Assembly (NCBI GenBank): GCA_965235115.1
Contig: OZ249436.1
Location: forward strand, 38,008,001 to 38,068,000
Origin: Laetmonice hystrix
Taxonomy: Eukaryota
Reading direction: 5' to 3'
DNA length: 60,000 bases
Below are positions 12,968 through 27,143 of this stretch, piece by piece (the first letter of the stretch is position 1; each line of letters opens with the position of its first letter). The translations under genes were made by a program, and so were the position numbers. Below the pieces are notes generated by a model. It did not search any database. It was not told the origin of the DNA and worked only from the letters and a program-made list of their open reading frames with translations.

Positions 12968-13032
12968 AGCTTGGTTCCCGCCTCCCGTGTAGGTGGCGCT
13001 AGGCGCGCACGGTAGGTCGCGGAACAAGGCTA
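12968..13032. mobile_element. Short hairpin MITE
   Basis: TAGCTTGGTTCCCGCCTCCCGTG...CACGGTAGGTCGCGGAACAAGGCTA imperfect inverted repeat. Confidence 0.55.
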
Positions 13033-14000
13033 CATCGCCATGTGAAAGTGTATCCTGACTTGTGGTTCATGATTATAAACCACTAGGAAATTCATGACTA
13101 CTTGATGACTATACTACATCCATACTAGGGTCAAAGCCAATAAGGGGTGTTTTGGTAGGGGGCTGCCCCACTCCATTAGGCCTATATAAAACGGCATGTT
13201 CTTGAGATGTCTGTTCAAGGTTCAACGCCAGGTGGCAGAACAGTAGGGCCGACTAGTGTTACTCGTCGCCACTAGAGGGCGGTATAGTTCCTTCCCCCAT
13301 CCGTCTTCGAACTTTGAAAGACCCTAAAAATGCACATTTATCAAGTTTTGCGTTTTTCGCTTGGTAAAAACACTGATTCGACACCGGAGGGAGAAATTGT
13401 TGAGATTTATCTTTCTGCAACTCCACCCAGCATCCGAAGGTGCCTTAATTCGGGCCCTCTGCTCATTTGCGAGTTCCGTTTTTCCCTTAGCCATCTTCAA
13501 ATCAGTATTTGACTTGCTTTCTGGACTACACAGGCTCTTACTGTGAAGTCTGAAGTGAAATTAGCTTTGAGTGCACACCTTCTATGGACAAAGGATGAGC
13601 AGAGTGATGTCCTAGGACTACTTGACCTGAAACCTATACAAAAATCACCCATCGTAATGAATCTGAAGGGAGATTTGACTGGACATGATATTATTCGACA
13701 TTTCCGAAATGCAGTATTTTCCCCCAAAATTGAAAAGGTATCATGCCGGTGTCTCTGGGACATTCATGATGCAATATCAGTATGGCTGAAGGTTCCATTG
13801 TGTAATATATGATGGTTTAATGGCTACACTGGGGTCATTTCATTGAAATAAGACTTCGTTTTCCAGTTCATGGCAAGTGTTCAAATATTTTGCACACTAC
13901 TGTTTTCCCCCAGAAATGGAGAAATCTGATGAAATTAAACATTCTAGTTGTCTGTTGTCGCTATGTCGTTGACAAAATAGTTGCCCTGTTATTGATTTGA

Positions 14001-14092
14001 ACAGGCAATGGGGATAACCCACCAAGAATCCCTATCACGTGATCGATGATGTACAGGCAATGGGGATAACCCACCAAGAATCCCGATCACGT
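14001..14092. repeat. Direct duplication, 52-bp period
   Basis: ACAGGCAATGGGGATAACCCACCAAGAATCCC(T/G)ATCACGT at 14001 and 14053. Confidence 0.85.
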
Positions 14093-14199
14093 AGGCATTC
14101 TACATTTTCAGACCATGTGTGTGACGTTATGTTCCTGCATGTCTCTGTAGCTTCATTTTAAAAACTTTAAAAAACTTATAGTTTTGTGATCTTGGTTAA

Positions 14200-14727
14200 A
14201 GGGGCATACTATGAAACACGTTTTCGAGGATTTCCGGCAATTATCCAACATGACCGTGTACTAGGGATCCAAATAAATAATCCTACCACAGCATTTTGTC
14301 CTCCGACGTGTTTTCGCTGCGTATGCAGCACAAGTAGGTTCTATACGACCAAACCTATAGATTTCTCCCGATAGCACATCTCCCGCCATATTAATTTGGC
14401 AGACAACCTTCCATCAACCCGTGTAATTGCATACTGTGTCACATCCTGTGTGTGCACTCTCTGCATGTGCTTAGTCACGTGCTTTGCTTAGTTGTAAACA
14501 ATTCAGCAGTGGCACTCGATCGCCCGGCATCAGAATGCCACCCAAAAAATATTTTACGAAATCGGCAGAGAAGCGGGCAAGGGAGCTTAATAAACTTCGA
14601 TTTCTCACGCAAAATGAAACTGATAAGTCTGTCTTTGTTTACCAAGCAATTTTAATGAAGGATCTCTTGAAAACAGCAAAAGTTCTATGAAATACCGATT
14701 TTTAACGTTTCCTCATAATATGCCCCT
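14200..14727. mobile_element. MITE with TTAA TSD (Kolobok-like)
   Basis: TTAA|AGGGGCATACTATGA...TCATAATATGCCCCT|TTAA. Confidence 0.85.
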
Positions 14728-16000
14728 TTAAGGTCCCCTTATTACAGTTAGGGCCTTCTTTGCTAGGCCTGTGCCTTAAATGGTTCAAGGGATGCGCATA
14801 CGTGTAGAATCCACTAGGTAAATAATTACCGCATCCCATAATGTCGCGTCGATTTAATCCATACAATTAGCTCGTATGTATGTGTGCGTCCCTATTGTCT
14901 TTACTTAAGATGCTCAATTTCTCCCGATATGTTGTTTTCTTCTGGCTCAATTATTCTTACTCTAATACAAGTATGTCATCTGTAGACGGCCCAACAGGAA
15001 CCAGATAATTAATGCATTCATTGTATGCTTGCTGAGCTGGGCATAACTAAACTATAAGTGTTGATTCAAAAAAGGTGTTAGTAAGGGGTCTGAGACGTGT
15101 AGATTGGAGTTTATTTCAAGACATCGTATAATATTAGTCTTGATTTTCATACCAATCCAGGTATAGGATAATATTGTAACATATGTAAACACAAGTCTCA
15201 CAATGCATGTCAGCACAGACGTGAAAGTGTCCTGTCGAGCCGAGCTCGTGAAATCACTTCGATAAAATGAAGGTGCCAGACTCATTAAGAAGTTTGGCGC
15301 TAGGAACGAGACAGTTAACTGCAATCGGTAGCTCGATACGTGTACACATAATGGCATCCTAGTGAGAGTTTAATCTGCACACCACCCAGTAAACGGCGCA
15401 CAACAATTGGGCTAACCCGCGTCCTGTATGGGGCTAACCCGCGTCTTGTATGTGCCTGAGAGAGTAGAGCCCACGCCTAGATCTACCACTCTCTGGGGCT
15501 TCCATAAAAATGCCACCGTACCATTGTAACCGGCTGTTACGTTTCACTGGTTGATATTGTAACAGCAGGTATTACTTGGGAGTGAGAAATAACGGTAAAT
15601 GAGCGCAGTGACGAGGAGGGGGGAAAACGAGGAACAATGGCTGACACGAGAGGATTGTGAAGGGCACAATGTGGTCGTGGATGGTCGATCGGACATTAGA
15701 TATATTGCTTGGAGAGCTATATAGTGCCACAGTGGGAGGCTGTATGTTAGACAGGGGGAATGTATGGACGTTGTAGACGTTAGGATTACAAGGAACAACT
15801 TGTAAACGGAACTGAACAGCAATGTCCCGCGGCGTGCAATCAACTAATCAACTAAATCTTCCAAATGTTGAAATCCCTGTGAGACTTTGGGTTGCTTTAC
15901 CCGAGACATTCCTCATGTGTATGACCGACTGTGCCTTGACGCAATGATTTAATGTGCCCGACTTTATGATGACGAATAACGAGGAAAAAGGCGATGCCAG

Positions 16001-16087
16001 GGGCCAGTTGACTGACGGTCCGTTCGTTAAAATTCTTATTGAAAATACATCGGGAAAATAACGAACGCACAGTCATGCAACTGGCCC
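16001..16087. mobile_element. Mini-MITE, Harbinger-like, CAG TSD
   Basis: CAG|GGGCCAGTTG...CAACTGGCCC|CAG with further inverted CGTTCGTTA/TAACGAACG. Confidence 0.8.
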
Positions 16088-18548
16088 CAGTCAGTAGGTC
16101 TAAGATCTACCATGCTCAAATCTTCGCCACGCCACATTTCCAATGCGACAACAGTAACAGGTGGAGAATTAAATTTAGAGCCATTTCATAGAGGCCTATA
16201 ACATTCTATGGGGGAAAAAGAGGAAGGGAAGTTCCCATTAAACGTATTAGGCCTAAATAACTTTTTACCCGAACGGGTGATTTGCAAACATAGAGTCTAT
16301 AGGCATGCATTGTGTATGGTTACATTCGAAGGACGGCTCTTAAGTTGTCTTGATCAAACTACGCTTGACGGCTGGAGAGTCCCAAACTTCAGTCATGGCA
16401 TCAACAGGTTCTCTCTGTGTTCTCTCTGTCACAACCGGTACCAATACAACAACACATGCGCCATTTGTAATATTGCGTCACTGCCATATTTTACAAACTG
16501 ATTGTTCTATTAAGTCAAGCACTGACAAGCCAGTATTTATGCGGGCGAATTCGTGCGATACCACGTCCAGATATAATTGTCCGGTTCTTGCAGCAAAAGT
16601 CCGACCGACCGACCGTCGCCATTGAAACGGTACGTGGAAGGCCATTATCGACGTGACGGGACTGACGTAATATGTGACCATGGTAACAAAGCAGCGCAGT
16701 CGCTCGGACGGGGGCCGACTTTGATGTACATTTGTACTATAATCACCTTTGATGAAGTAATGTCTGCCGATTTCAGACGCGCGATTTTTACGAACCGCCT
16801 GTTATGTTTGTGTTCGCAGACCAACCCGGAAGTGGACCAGAGAATAAACCAAACGAAACAATTCGAATGTATCGCGCGTAAGAGTTGTTAATGTTTTGAT
16901 TCCAATCTTATTTTCGCACCATCTGTAAATGTGGCTATATGAATGGATGTAGGAAAGGTTGCCACGACTGATTTCTTAATCACGGCCTACATTATAGCGG
17001 TGAGTGATCGTTTGATCGGCCGTGAGTGAGTGTTGATTTGATGTGAGAATGCCGACGTTTGGGATTCAATCATGCACGTCCATCATAACCTTGCGTGGTT
17101 CTTTTGGAAACCACCCCCGCTGTTAAAAGCTCTCTTTGATTTTCGCCGCCTTGATAAGTTCTGCTCCTGCAGTCCCTACCAAAGCTGTAGTAGTGGTCAT
17201 AATTTAGGATTAACCCCAAAATATCAACGCTCGGTACAGTTACACATTTCATGGCAGCGACATTCATGGTTACGTGAGGGCGAGACAGCCTTCGGTCGAT
17301 TTACTCCTACCGATCGGGGCATCATGATGCCATCTTATGTCTGATTGACCTGACACACAAGTATCTACGTTGATGGCTGTACAAAATAGACCTAATGACT
17401 TTCACTTTAGAATCTGATGTGATGAATATTCCACTGTCGGCGGATTCTGAACGAAGGAAGGGGGCTCAGATGTCATTGACACATGATCACTGGTTATGTG
17501 TTTCAATCCCTCGGGGTTCAATATTTGATTCAGTCAAGTTGTCTCATATATATCAGTGTCAAGGAAAAGTAAAGGACCTTGAGTCAATGTTTATTTTATA
17601 ATACCCAAAGTTAATCCGATCTTTTACTTCAGTCATACTTCGTCAAAATGATTAGGCTAGGTGAACAACAGTTTTAATTTTTTATCTACCCGTGGAGCGC
17701 AGGGAACAATACGGATGCCTTCATTAACAGGTTTCAGCCCTTATTTTCCTTACAGGGCAACGTCCTTGGAATCCGTACGAGGTATAAATTAAAACCGCAA
17801 TCCGTTATTTACCTGAATAATTTTGTGTTATGTTCTGTGCGTTTTTCCGCTACATTTTACAAGTTATGCAACTCGACATCGACGTCTAGGCCTACACACA
17901 ACCAGATAGCTGGGCGCTGTCCGGTTGCCAAGGTTGTCGTCTGCGACCTGATGACGTGCATGAAACGTTACGAACCCGAACATCCCCACCGAGGGATGAA
18001 CACACATATTACTGCCCTAACCCCATCCGTGTGTGTGCGCATATATTACACATGTGTGTGTGTTTATTCTGCGGAGAGAGCGCATTCCGCACCAGAGATC
18101 GCAAAGTCAGGAAGTGCATTCATTGCATATTGAGAACATTTTGGTCGTGACTTTAGGTCGGCTATTTAGTTCCATGTTACTATCAGTTTCTTCCCTTGTA
18201 GAAAAGACACACATGTATTCAAAGCTTTTTTTCGGTGACAGAATATCGCCGAGCAGAACGTCAAGGAACGAAATGTACCAGTACAAAATGTCACCAAATG
18301 GTACGCCAGAGGAAATGTTACCTTTTGTAAATTAGTATTTTTTTCCTACTAATACCAATTCATTATTTTATGTGAGGAAAACATTCATTATTATCTGTAT
18401 GACATCAAGGCTCTAGCACTTTGTCCGATATGTTCTACAAATTATTTACACGTTTTGTTTTGTTATTTTGTCAGGTAACGTTTTGATAGCTGACGGGTTT
18501 CTCTGAACACCGGTATCGGTCCTAACGTATACGACCAGCGGAACGTTA

Positions 18549-19341
18549 AACCCTAGTCACACTAGAGACGGAATGAGCCGGAATGCCGTCGGAATAAAAA
18601 TTCTTTGTACATTCCTGGTCCATATTCGAAGTGCATTCTAAAAAATTCTGACTGCATTCTGAGTGCATTCCAAATATTCGGGCCCATTCTTGCAAAACAT
18701 TGAATGTTTTGCTCTCGAGGTGCACTTCGAAGTGAAGAAATATCGAACGGCATTCGAAGTGTATTCTAAATGCACTCTGACTGCATTCTAAATATTCTTA
18801 TGGCATTCCAACAGCATTCGAAACATTCTGCATGATCGCATTCGAGGGAGAATCGAAACGGCAAGCCACTTCAAATCCTGCCAGAATGTCCCAAATGCGC
18901 CTCGAATGAGCCGGAATGCAGCTCGAGTGCATCTCGATTGCTGCCGGAATCTATACTCGGGACATTCGTGTTACATTCTAGGTACATTCGAAGTACATTT
19001 AAAGTATTCATATTCGGCAGTCATTCCGGGAGCGTTCTGACTGCATTCGAGGTGAATTCTTACAGCATTCTAGGCACCTTCCAACCAGACTTCGGTCGGT
19101 ATTTGCTATATTCGAGCTGCAGTCGAGAGCAAATGCACCCAGAATGTGCAAGAATCATTCGAGGCGGGTTTGAAGCGCATTCTAAGTATTCGAACTGCAT
19201 TCTTACAAAGCTCTATATAAGAATTTTGGTCAGTTTGAAATTCCCTCCCGAACGTGGCGCGAATTTGGAAGATTTTTCATTCCGGCTGGTTCTGCTTGAT
19301 TCCTGCTGATTCCGAATAACTTATGAAGTGTGACGGGAGCT
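18549..19341. mobile_element. Non-autonomous PIF/Harbinger-like element with internal CATTCGA-type repeats
   Basis: TTA|AACCCTAGTCACACT...AGTGTGACGGGAGCT|TTA; interior rich in GCATTC(G/T)A. Confidence 0.75.
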
Positions 19342-20522
19342 TTAAGGGAATCATGTCCAACGTGAAGGGGCAATGGTATTTGTATTATCTTGTTGACTTT
19401 GCTGCCTTTATGACAACAGTGCCGTCCCATGGGTCCGTGGTGGACTGGTGGTCACGCTGATTGTTGCGGCCAGTGGCGTGTCCGTCTTGGACGGCTAATT
19501 ACAGGTAGTTGCCATTAGTGTCAGGTGGGCAGGACAAGCTGGATGGTATTATGGAAACTGATATCAAAGACTAGCGCTCCATGTACTCATCCGTATAGAA
19601 TTGCACTTCTGACGAATATCACACTGCGAGCGGTTGTGTTTCGAGAACACCACAATGCCATCGGAAGCCGATGTTCTTCAGTGAGCCATGAGGGGTATTC
19701 TCGTAATCTTTGGCTTCATTACTTTCTGAAGACCCCAGCCAGGGCCTACATGTGCCTCCAAGACTGCCCAAACCATTTCTCCCTTAACATTGCAGGGGGT
19801 CGAGTAGGATTTAGTGAACATAACCAGGCAGGCATGATGGATGTAGTGGAAACAATAATCAGATGTACAGGTTCACTTCAGATACAACCATTTTGTGCCC
19901 ACAAAAGAAACATCCAGTTTGGGCATGCTGCTCTTGGTAATTCGTTTGAGGAATTTCCGGATTTCTAAGGTGCGAAGAAACTTTGGATGACAATCTGTGC
20001 CATTGCGAATAGTATCCATACACTGGTAGGGAGTGGGTGGGTGCGTGGTAGGGGTTGTGAGGTATAAGGGGTGCGGATATGTATATTTAAACGGTTGCTT
20101 TTCGTGAACAATGTTTACCTGTACAATATAAAATCACACGATGGCTCTGGTCGATCAAGTAGAGAATACCTTGGGCTGATACACCATCTATACAGTCCAA
20201 GAATTGTACATTTCGTGAGGACCGACCGAGAAACACTTGGTGGGGCAATAGTAATAACATTTGTTCGAACGGTTCGTCGCCCAACCACATCAATAGTACC
20301 GCGCGGTTACAATCTGAGCCAGGCACACAATGTTTAAAGACGATTGGAAGATTTTATCGAGCTTTCACAGTAAATCTGCACACAACGCTTTCACCGCTTA
20401 GATATCTGAGCTAGATCGTATCGGTTCATGCTTCGAGAACTTTCCACTGTAAAACACAGAATAATAAATACCTCAAGACTAACGCACATGGATACATCAT
20501 AGTATCCATGTATAGATCTATA

Positions 20523-21376
20523 CTGCCGTGAAATGACAAAAGGAAGCAAGTCCAACTTTCATCAAAATCGACTTAAGGACAAGTGCTAGTGTGAGGCCAA
20601 AATTTTTTTGGAGACATATTATTTTAAATTTTGCAGATAAACAGAGTATGTTGTCCTCTTTCAAAATTCAGCAAAAAAATGATACCTCACCGGCTTAGTT
20701 TTTTTGTTAAGAGCGTTTGAAGTTGGTATTTTCTTCATGTTAATGAATACAGTTTGCAATTTTCTTCTTTTTTTTACCACTTTTTTTGTCAGAACGGTGT
20801 TATGACAAATAGAAGTGGTAAAAAAAAGAGAAAAAAAAATTTTTGACTTTGAACATTTTCACTGGTGTACATGAGCAAAAGTGAAAATGTTCAAAATCAA
20901 ACATTTTTTATTTATTTTTTACCATTTCTATAACTTGAAGACCGTTATGACAAATAGAAATGGTGAAAAAAAAAAGAAAAAAAATTCTAAACAGTAATTA
21001 TTAATTAACATGACGAACATATCGATTTCAAACGCTCTTAACAAAAAAAACTAACGCGGTGGGATATCTTTTTTTTTTGCTGAATTTTGAAAGAGGACAA
21101 CATACTCTGTTTATCTGCAAAATTTTAAAAAAAAATCTGTCTCAAAAAAATTTTTGGCCTCACACTAGCACTTGTCCTTAAGTGTAAATTTGGATGCAGG
21201 GAAGTAAGCCCTATCTATCAATGGGTGTATTTCTGCTAAACATCCTTCTATAACGCTATCAGTCACATGACAAAAGCAAGCATGTCCATCTAACTGCACT
21301 GTAGAGACAACTTGTTTACGTCCATTTCTCGATACTTGAACTTTTGGACTTGCTTCCTTTTGTCACTTCACGGCAG
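20523..21376. mobile_element. Outer MITE (Tc1/mariner-like) hosting a foldback element
   Basis: CTGCCGTGAAATGACAAAAGGAAGCAAGTCCAA / TTGGACTTGCTTCCTTTTGTCACTTCACGGCAG; TA on the left, AA on the right. Confidence 0.8.
20577..21177. mobile_element. Foldback MITE with TTAA TSD (Kolobok-like), nested
   Basis: TTAA|GGACAAGTGCTAGTGTGAGGCCAAAA...TTTTGGCCTCACACTAGCACTTGTCC|TTAA; arms complementary almost to the centre (~20870). Confidence 0.9.
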
Positions 21377-22113
21377 AATACATACATGTAGGCCTATATA
21401 TCTTACATGCACACGCCGAATACACAGGTGCATAGGTCTACAGTCCGGAACATAGCATGCATGCAATAAGAGCTATTATAGTCGTCACGTGCGTAGACCT
21501 ACATTCATCCTATACAGGTATACTAATTATAATAGACCTATTGCTACGAGTCGGCAGGACTCACGTTCTTTGATAATTACCCTCGCACTATGCACGTGCG
21601 ACATTTCATGCATCCCCTCATCCCATATCCCTCTATCTCGATCTGCCGGGGGTCTTCTCTAAGTCTTTTTAAGTCGGCCTTTCTGGGGTCTTAAAACCTT
21701 ACTTGTGGACCACACGTCGACAACCCTGTAGTTGTCCGTAGTTTCGCCTAAACATCAAAGATGCACATATAAACTTTGAGCGGTGGTCAAGCATGGTCAG
21801 GCGGATTATAAGATGGAGTTAGGGACAGTACGATCTGGTTCAAGGTCGTTCAATATCATCGCTTGCCGGTTTCCCCGCTAGGATTCGCAGCGGGTGATAC
21901 ACTGGTAGATGGACACGTGACACCGAGGCGACCCGGCCGGGGGTCTCTTCAGTAATCGACCGCTCTGCATGTAGGACAACATGTAAACATAGTGCTTATC
22001 ATGTTCGGACAATATTGTAAATTGTAGATCCCCCCCCCCCCACCTTTTTGGGTTCAAAATTGCCTTGGAACAAATAGCATGTCCCTCTCGATTCTACTCG
22101 CATTTGCTCTTGC

Positions 22114-22206
22114 GCTCTCTGTCTCTCTCTGTCTCTCTCTCTCTGTCTCTCTCTCTGTCTCTCTCTGTCTCTGTCTGTCTCTCTGTCTGTCTGTCTCTCT
22201 CTCTCC

Positions 22207-22253
<47 letters not shown>
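22114..22253. repeat. (CT)n/(CTGT)n microsatellite
   Basis: Direct read. Confidence 0.95.
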
Positions 22254-22255
<2 letters not shown>

Positions 22256-25200
22256 GGGTCGCTGTAGGCTAAAGTATAAGTTTATAAGCTTAACGACTCG
22301 GAAATCTATTGTTTGCAACAGATACGACAAGAGCCTTCTTATGAATACGCTTGTAACCATGCAACATTATTATAAGTTATGTGACCTCTATATAGGCCTA
22401 CTATAGTATCGTAGGAACGGATTTCTATTCTCGATAAATTATATCCAGAGAGGCTATAGCAATTGCAACCATTCATTCTAGGTCTGCCCTCACTATATAA
22501 AAAATAACTCAGACCTGCTCCACGTTCAGAAGTGGCCGACCTGTATTTTTTTACGTTAACTCGCCATTTGTTTCCTCAATTTTGCAGCACATGCCTGTAA
22601 TTGGTGGCGCATGGCCAGTATTGCTAGATTTATAGCAGTATTATGAAGTGATGATAACAGGAACGTTTTTAATCGTCTGCGTAACCACACGTCACGTAAC
22701 GTCAAAGTGCGCGCGTGCTGCCCAATGTCAGTCACAGCAAGGGCCGCCACGCATTCTGACATTCAATGAGTACAACTCCAACATTGACCCAGTATAGAGA
22801 AACTCATGCTCAACCGCCAGAGTCAATACCCGTTTAAAAAAACTCCAGAAAAAGGTCTAAGACCATGGCCTGGGCATGGCGCGTTCTCAATCAAGGCACG
22901 CGCAGACATTCTCTTGCGATTACTTAGTGACCACGTTCGATTAAATGCCAATGGGATAATGGGACACACATGGCCATTTTTTACGGCGAGGCTGGGATAC
23001 AAATCTGAGTTGGTCCTTAGCACTAGTCGTTAAACTAGCCTTGAACTCTATAACAAGTGGGAGAGATGTTACAAAAACGTTAGCATGGATTTAATAAATA
23101 AAAAGTAACGGTGAAGGGGAACAAGAGATTTAGAGTTAGTAGAAACAAAGCGAGATTCAGGCAGACGGACAGTATTACAGAAGGCGCCAAGTAACAAGAC
23201 CGCTCCACACTCAACCCACCTTTTCTCTACCTGTTATATTTCTACCGATGGCACGATGACATAGACAAACAATTTTCATAATGAAAGCAAACTCATCAAA
23301 GGTCGTCGAGGTTAGATTTATTTCTAAAAATATCACTCGTAAAGGCACGTATACCTTTGAGTCTGATATACTCCAGGCGAATGAAGAATGTACCACACCA
23401 GCAGGAGACCAAAGCCTTACTTGTCTGGCCTTGAGTCCAACCTCCGGCAGATCCGTGTCTCTCTCTCTCAATATCTTAGTTTGATTTGACCGACTTCCAC
23501 TTCAGGGTATTACATACCTAAATGTATGGGTTACGATCTTTTAACCTTAATATTTCAAAATGGAAGGGAAGACTGGTCAAGTGGAAGCACCAGAGATAAT
23601 TAATGTAGGCTAATCATGGATACCGAGAAATGTAGGCCTATGTCTCCTACTATCCTAGATATAGCCTAGTATGTAAATACTCACAACATTAACTCTCGTC
23701 CATCCATAGACCATTTCAACCATTTTAGGGTTTCTTTTAATCTCAAGCCGGAATCCTTGTCCTAGAATCACTATTACGTATTAATGTTACATCGGTTGCA
23801 TACACCGTACCAGTCATGTTGCCCAGTTTGAAAGCCTAAATTAGACGGGGAACCAGACCGCAATCAGACAGACGTTATCAGGCTGGAAGGTTCCAGAAAC
23901 CCACCACACGATATCAGCAGTTCATTTCACCCACACGTGTTATGTGGGAGGAATTGTCTACGTGTTAACAGTTGCCACCCGGAGCGTTCCTAACGTCACG
24001 TCGTGGTCGGTCTGTTTGCACGCTCCGTGAGCAACCTTTTGTCAACCAACACGCGCCCCGCCGCGCCTCCTAGCGGGAATTCTCAAGTGCCCTAATTGGA
24101 AGCACTTCCCGACCACAGAGGGCCCCGTGGCGGGCGTTCTTATGGACCCAATCGTGAACAATATACTTCAGCTCTTGGGGACATATTAAGCTATATGGTG
24201 CGGGCCTTTGATGTGGCACCTGATAATTCTGAAATAAAAACATGCTGGGAACAATATCAACGGTGGGTGTTTATAGGCCTATACAATGTTAGGATAAGGG
24301 ACCTGGATTAATTTATGAGTGCCCTGTTTGAACGTTTATAGAGATGGTGTCCAGCACAGGGACAGCGGTTTCTGCTTGTAGAACCTTGTCCAAGCAGATT
24401 ACAATGTTAACCTTTTGTTATGGTCCCGTTTAAAATTACAGTTGTTATATTGAAGAACCCCCAACGCTGACAAAATATACTCCATCAGGGTATACATTTA
24501 TTTAAATCCAACATGCTAAATTATATCAACAACATTGAAATTTTCTGTGGAAAATTAACATGAACTTATAAATATCGCAACTTTACCTTTTGATAATGTT
24601 ATTTCATTTTGAACTGACCATGCCCGTGAGTACTGATAAAGAAATAGTTCCTTATTAATTTGTGGACACTTGAGAAGTTTGCCGGTCCTTATCTTTCACC
24701 ATTTTTATATCGTGCTTTACATGCCTTCATATGTCATCTATATGTAGGCTAAACAATGCTGTGCACTGACCCACTACATACCTGATCGAGGTCGTCGTGG
24801 GAAGTAGTTATCTATACACAGATTTACCTAGAGAGATGACTATATGGGAGACGCTATGACCAGATATTATTAAGTGTACTGTGTTACCTCTCGTCGCCCC
24901 CAGGGACGGGGATCCAATCACAGACTGGGCTACAATAAAACAAAGGTTACAGTGTCACTGAACAAACGTCACGATCAGGGAGGCTCGCAAAGTTCAGCGT
25001 GTCATGGCAGGTATCTATCTACTCGTTTAAATCTCGGCCAATTTACATGTCTTGTCTCAAACGTTTTACCGTGTTGTAAGGTATAGCTTTGTACTTGTCT
25101 AAAACGCGGTCAATCGCCTGTCACAAAGTTTCTGCCCAGGGGCGAGGGGGGTTAGGGGAAGAATTTTCTTGGGGGGTCAGCATGGTCAATTCAGAAAGTA

Positions 25201-26151
25201 TCAACTAACAAAATAAATATTTTAATATACGCTATCGTTTTGATCCAACGCTTTTGAATAGAGCCGTCTGAGCTGGCCCGAGACTTGGGAAATACAATAG
25301 GTATAGGCCTATACCATTTTAGACCTGGGAAATATAATAGGTATACCAGTCATTTTAGACCTGGGAGGTACCATTCATTTTACTGATTCTAAAGACAAAA
25401 TCTGTGGTTCTCTCTATAATAATGCTCGAGTACGCATTGTTTGCATATATTTTGAGGGCTACGAGAGACGACCATTTGCCGTCTTGTCCTATCCCTGAAC
25501 CCAGCCAGTGGGAATACCTTACTCACCACATAATATATAGGCCTATAGGATCTCACAAAGTCTGCCGAGTGTTGTGATTCTACTATACATACAAGCCCAC
25601 TCGTGTCGAGTCCTCCCGAGATAACACTGCACGTGTTCTTTCATGTCGCTGTTTTACCAAACAACAGATCTTGTTCTTCCTTCAGTGCATATTTTCTACT
25701 CTACGCATAGCTTACAAGATAAAAGGTTCGAGATGCCACGGTATTATCTATGACTCAGTACAGTTCAATATGAAGGATCATCGACCAAGGACAACAAAAA
25801 TTCCTTGGATACATTCATGGTTGTGCATTGTTTGATGATCGGAATGTCTAGTTTCGTACACGCGTAACTAAGAGCACGTATAGAGGCACCTTGTGATTCG
25901 CCTCTATAGAAGATCAGTTATGAAGGCCTTTATAGGATTGAATGATATGATCAATGATGAGAACATTATGGTTCCTAGTGATCTGCCATTGAAGTTAGAA
26001 TGCCGTTGATCCTAGAGACATTAATATTACAATCACGCTGTGTATTGTTGACTTCTGCACGTGTATTAAAACTTTCATGTGAATGTCGACTTGTGTATTG
26101 AAGTTTTATCTCAAGAATATAAAGGTGGAATTTCTGCAATGGGGTCTACTG

Positions 26152-26390
26152 CATGGGGAATCCAGGGGGCCCCCTTAGATTTTCCTTCTCTTTTGTTAAA
26201 GTGTTATTACTATATTTGAATAATACATAGTATTTGAATAAAATAAAACATTTAGAAGTGTGTTAATAGCAATTATTTCGTGTGTGGGTGTGGGTGTGTG
26301 TAATACATGCACAATAAAATCAGACCGATCGTCGCGAGGCTAAAAACAAATTTTGGTAGGCCCCCTTATCAAAATCCTGGATCCCCCCTG
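26152..26390. mobile_element. MITE of CAGGGG-GGATCCAGG type, 9-bp TSD
   Basis: CATGGGGAATCCAGG...CCTGGATCCCCCCTG; GGTCTACTG at 26143-26151 and 26391-26399. Confidence 0.75.
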
Positions 26391-27143
26391 GGTCTACTGC
26401 ATTCTGATTTGGAATTTAAATCATCGTTAATAGTCTTCGAGCAGTATTTTATCTTAACCTTAGCAGTCGCCTGCAGTAAAAGATCGCCAACTATTGATAA
26501 TGATCCACTGAGTGTGAGCCCCGCTGACACGCGTTTATTGACACCCCCCCCCCCCCTTTAACAATTGCCAGAGGAGTCGGGCGGTCGTCGCTCAACAAAA
26601 TATTAAGCCACGAGCCACATAACATATCCATTAACGGATTTTGGAATTACCAGCATATTTCTGGTGCGGACCAGTGGCTGTCGAGCTATTGTGGGGCTGG
26701 CATGTGGGGCTGGCATGTGGGACTGGCATGTGGGTGCTAGCATGAGGCTGTAGGGAGTCAAATTATGGAGTTATGTAACTGAGGCAGCATGTATGTATAA
26801 CGTATTACCGCCACGTTGTTATAATAGACACTGTGGTTTATATATAACTTGTGCTTTATTGGGAGGAACAGGTCATTAAGTGACTTATCCAGGTGTGTCA
26901 TCGTTTCTGTTGTTTTTTGTTTTCTCATACAGGCTCACATCAGTGCACCCACGCATATAGGCCTACAGGAAGAATGAGTGCATGCATTATTACAAATGTG
27001 CACGGGTCTATACGGGTGACTATACAGCCAAGCACTGCCAAAGAAGTGTTTTGCTATCTTCGGTTTTACTTTCTTTTACGTATCACTCTTATCATGCCAT
27101 GCATCATGCCGAAGTCACCCTGCCACCCACGTTAGGTTAATAT

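Noticed and set aside
17930..17975. Hammerhead ribozyme (CTGATGA...GAAA)
   Set aside because: Stem II (CGTGCAT) cannot pair, and stems I/III are too weak.
19525..19968. 147-aa ORF or RTE-like fragment
   Set aside because: No recognisable domain; RTE-like words on the minus strand occur in the wrong order.
2658..24085. NF-kB site cluster
   Set aside because: The few GGGRNNYYCC-like matches (e.g. ~2659, ~16226) are within chance expectation for 60 kb.
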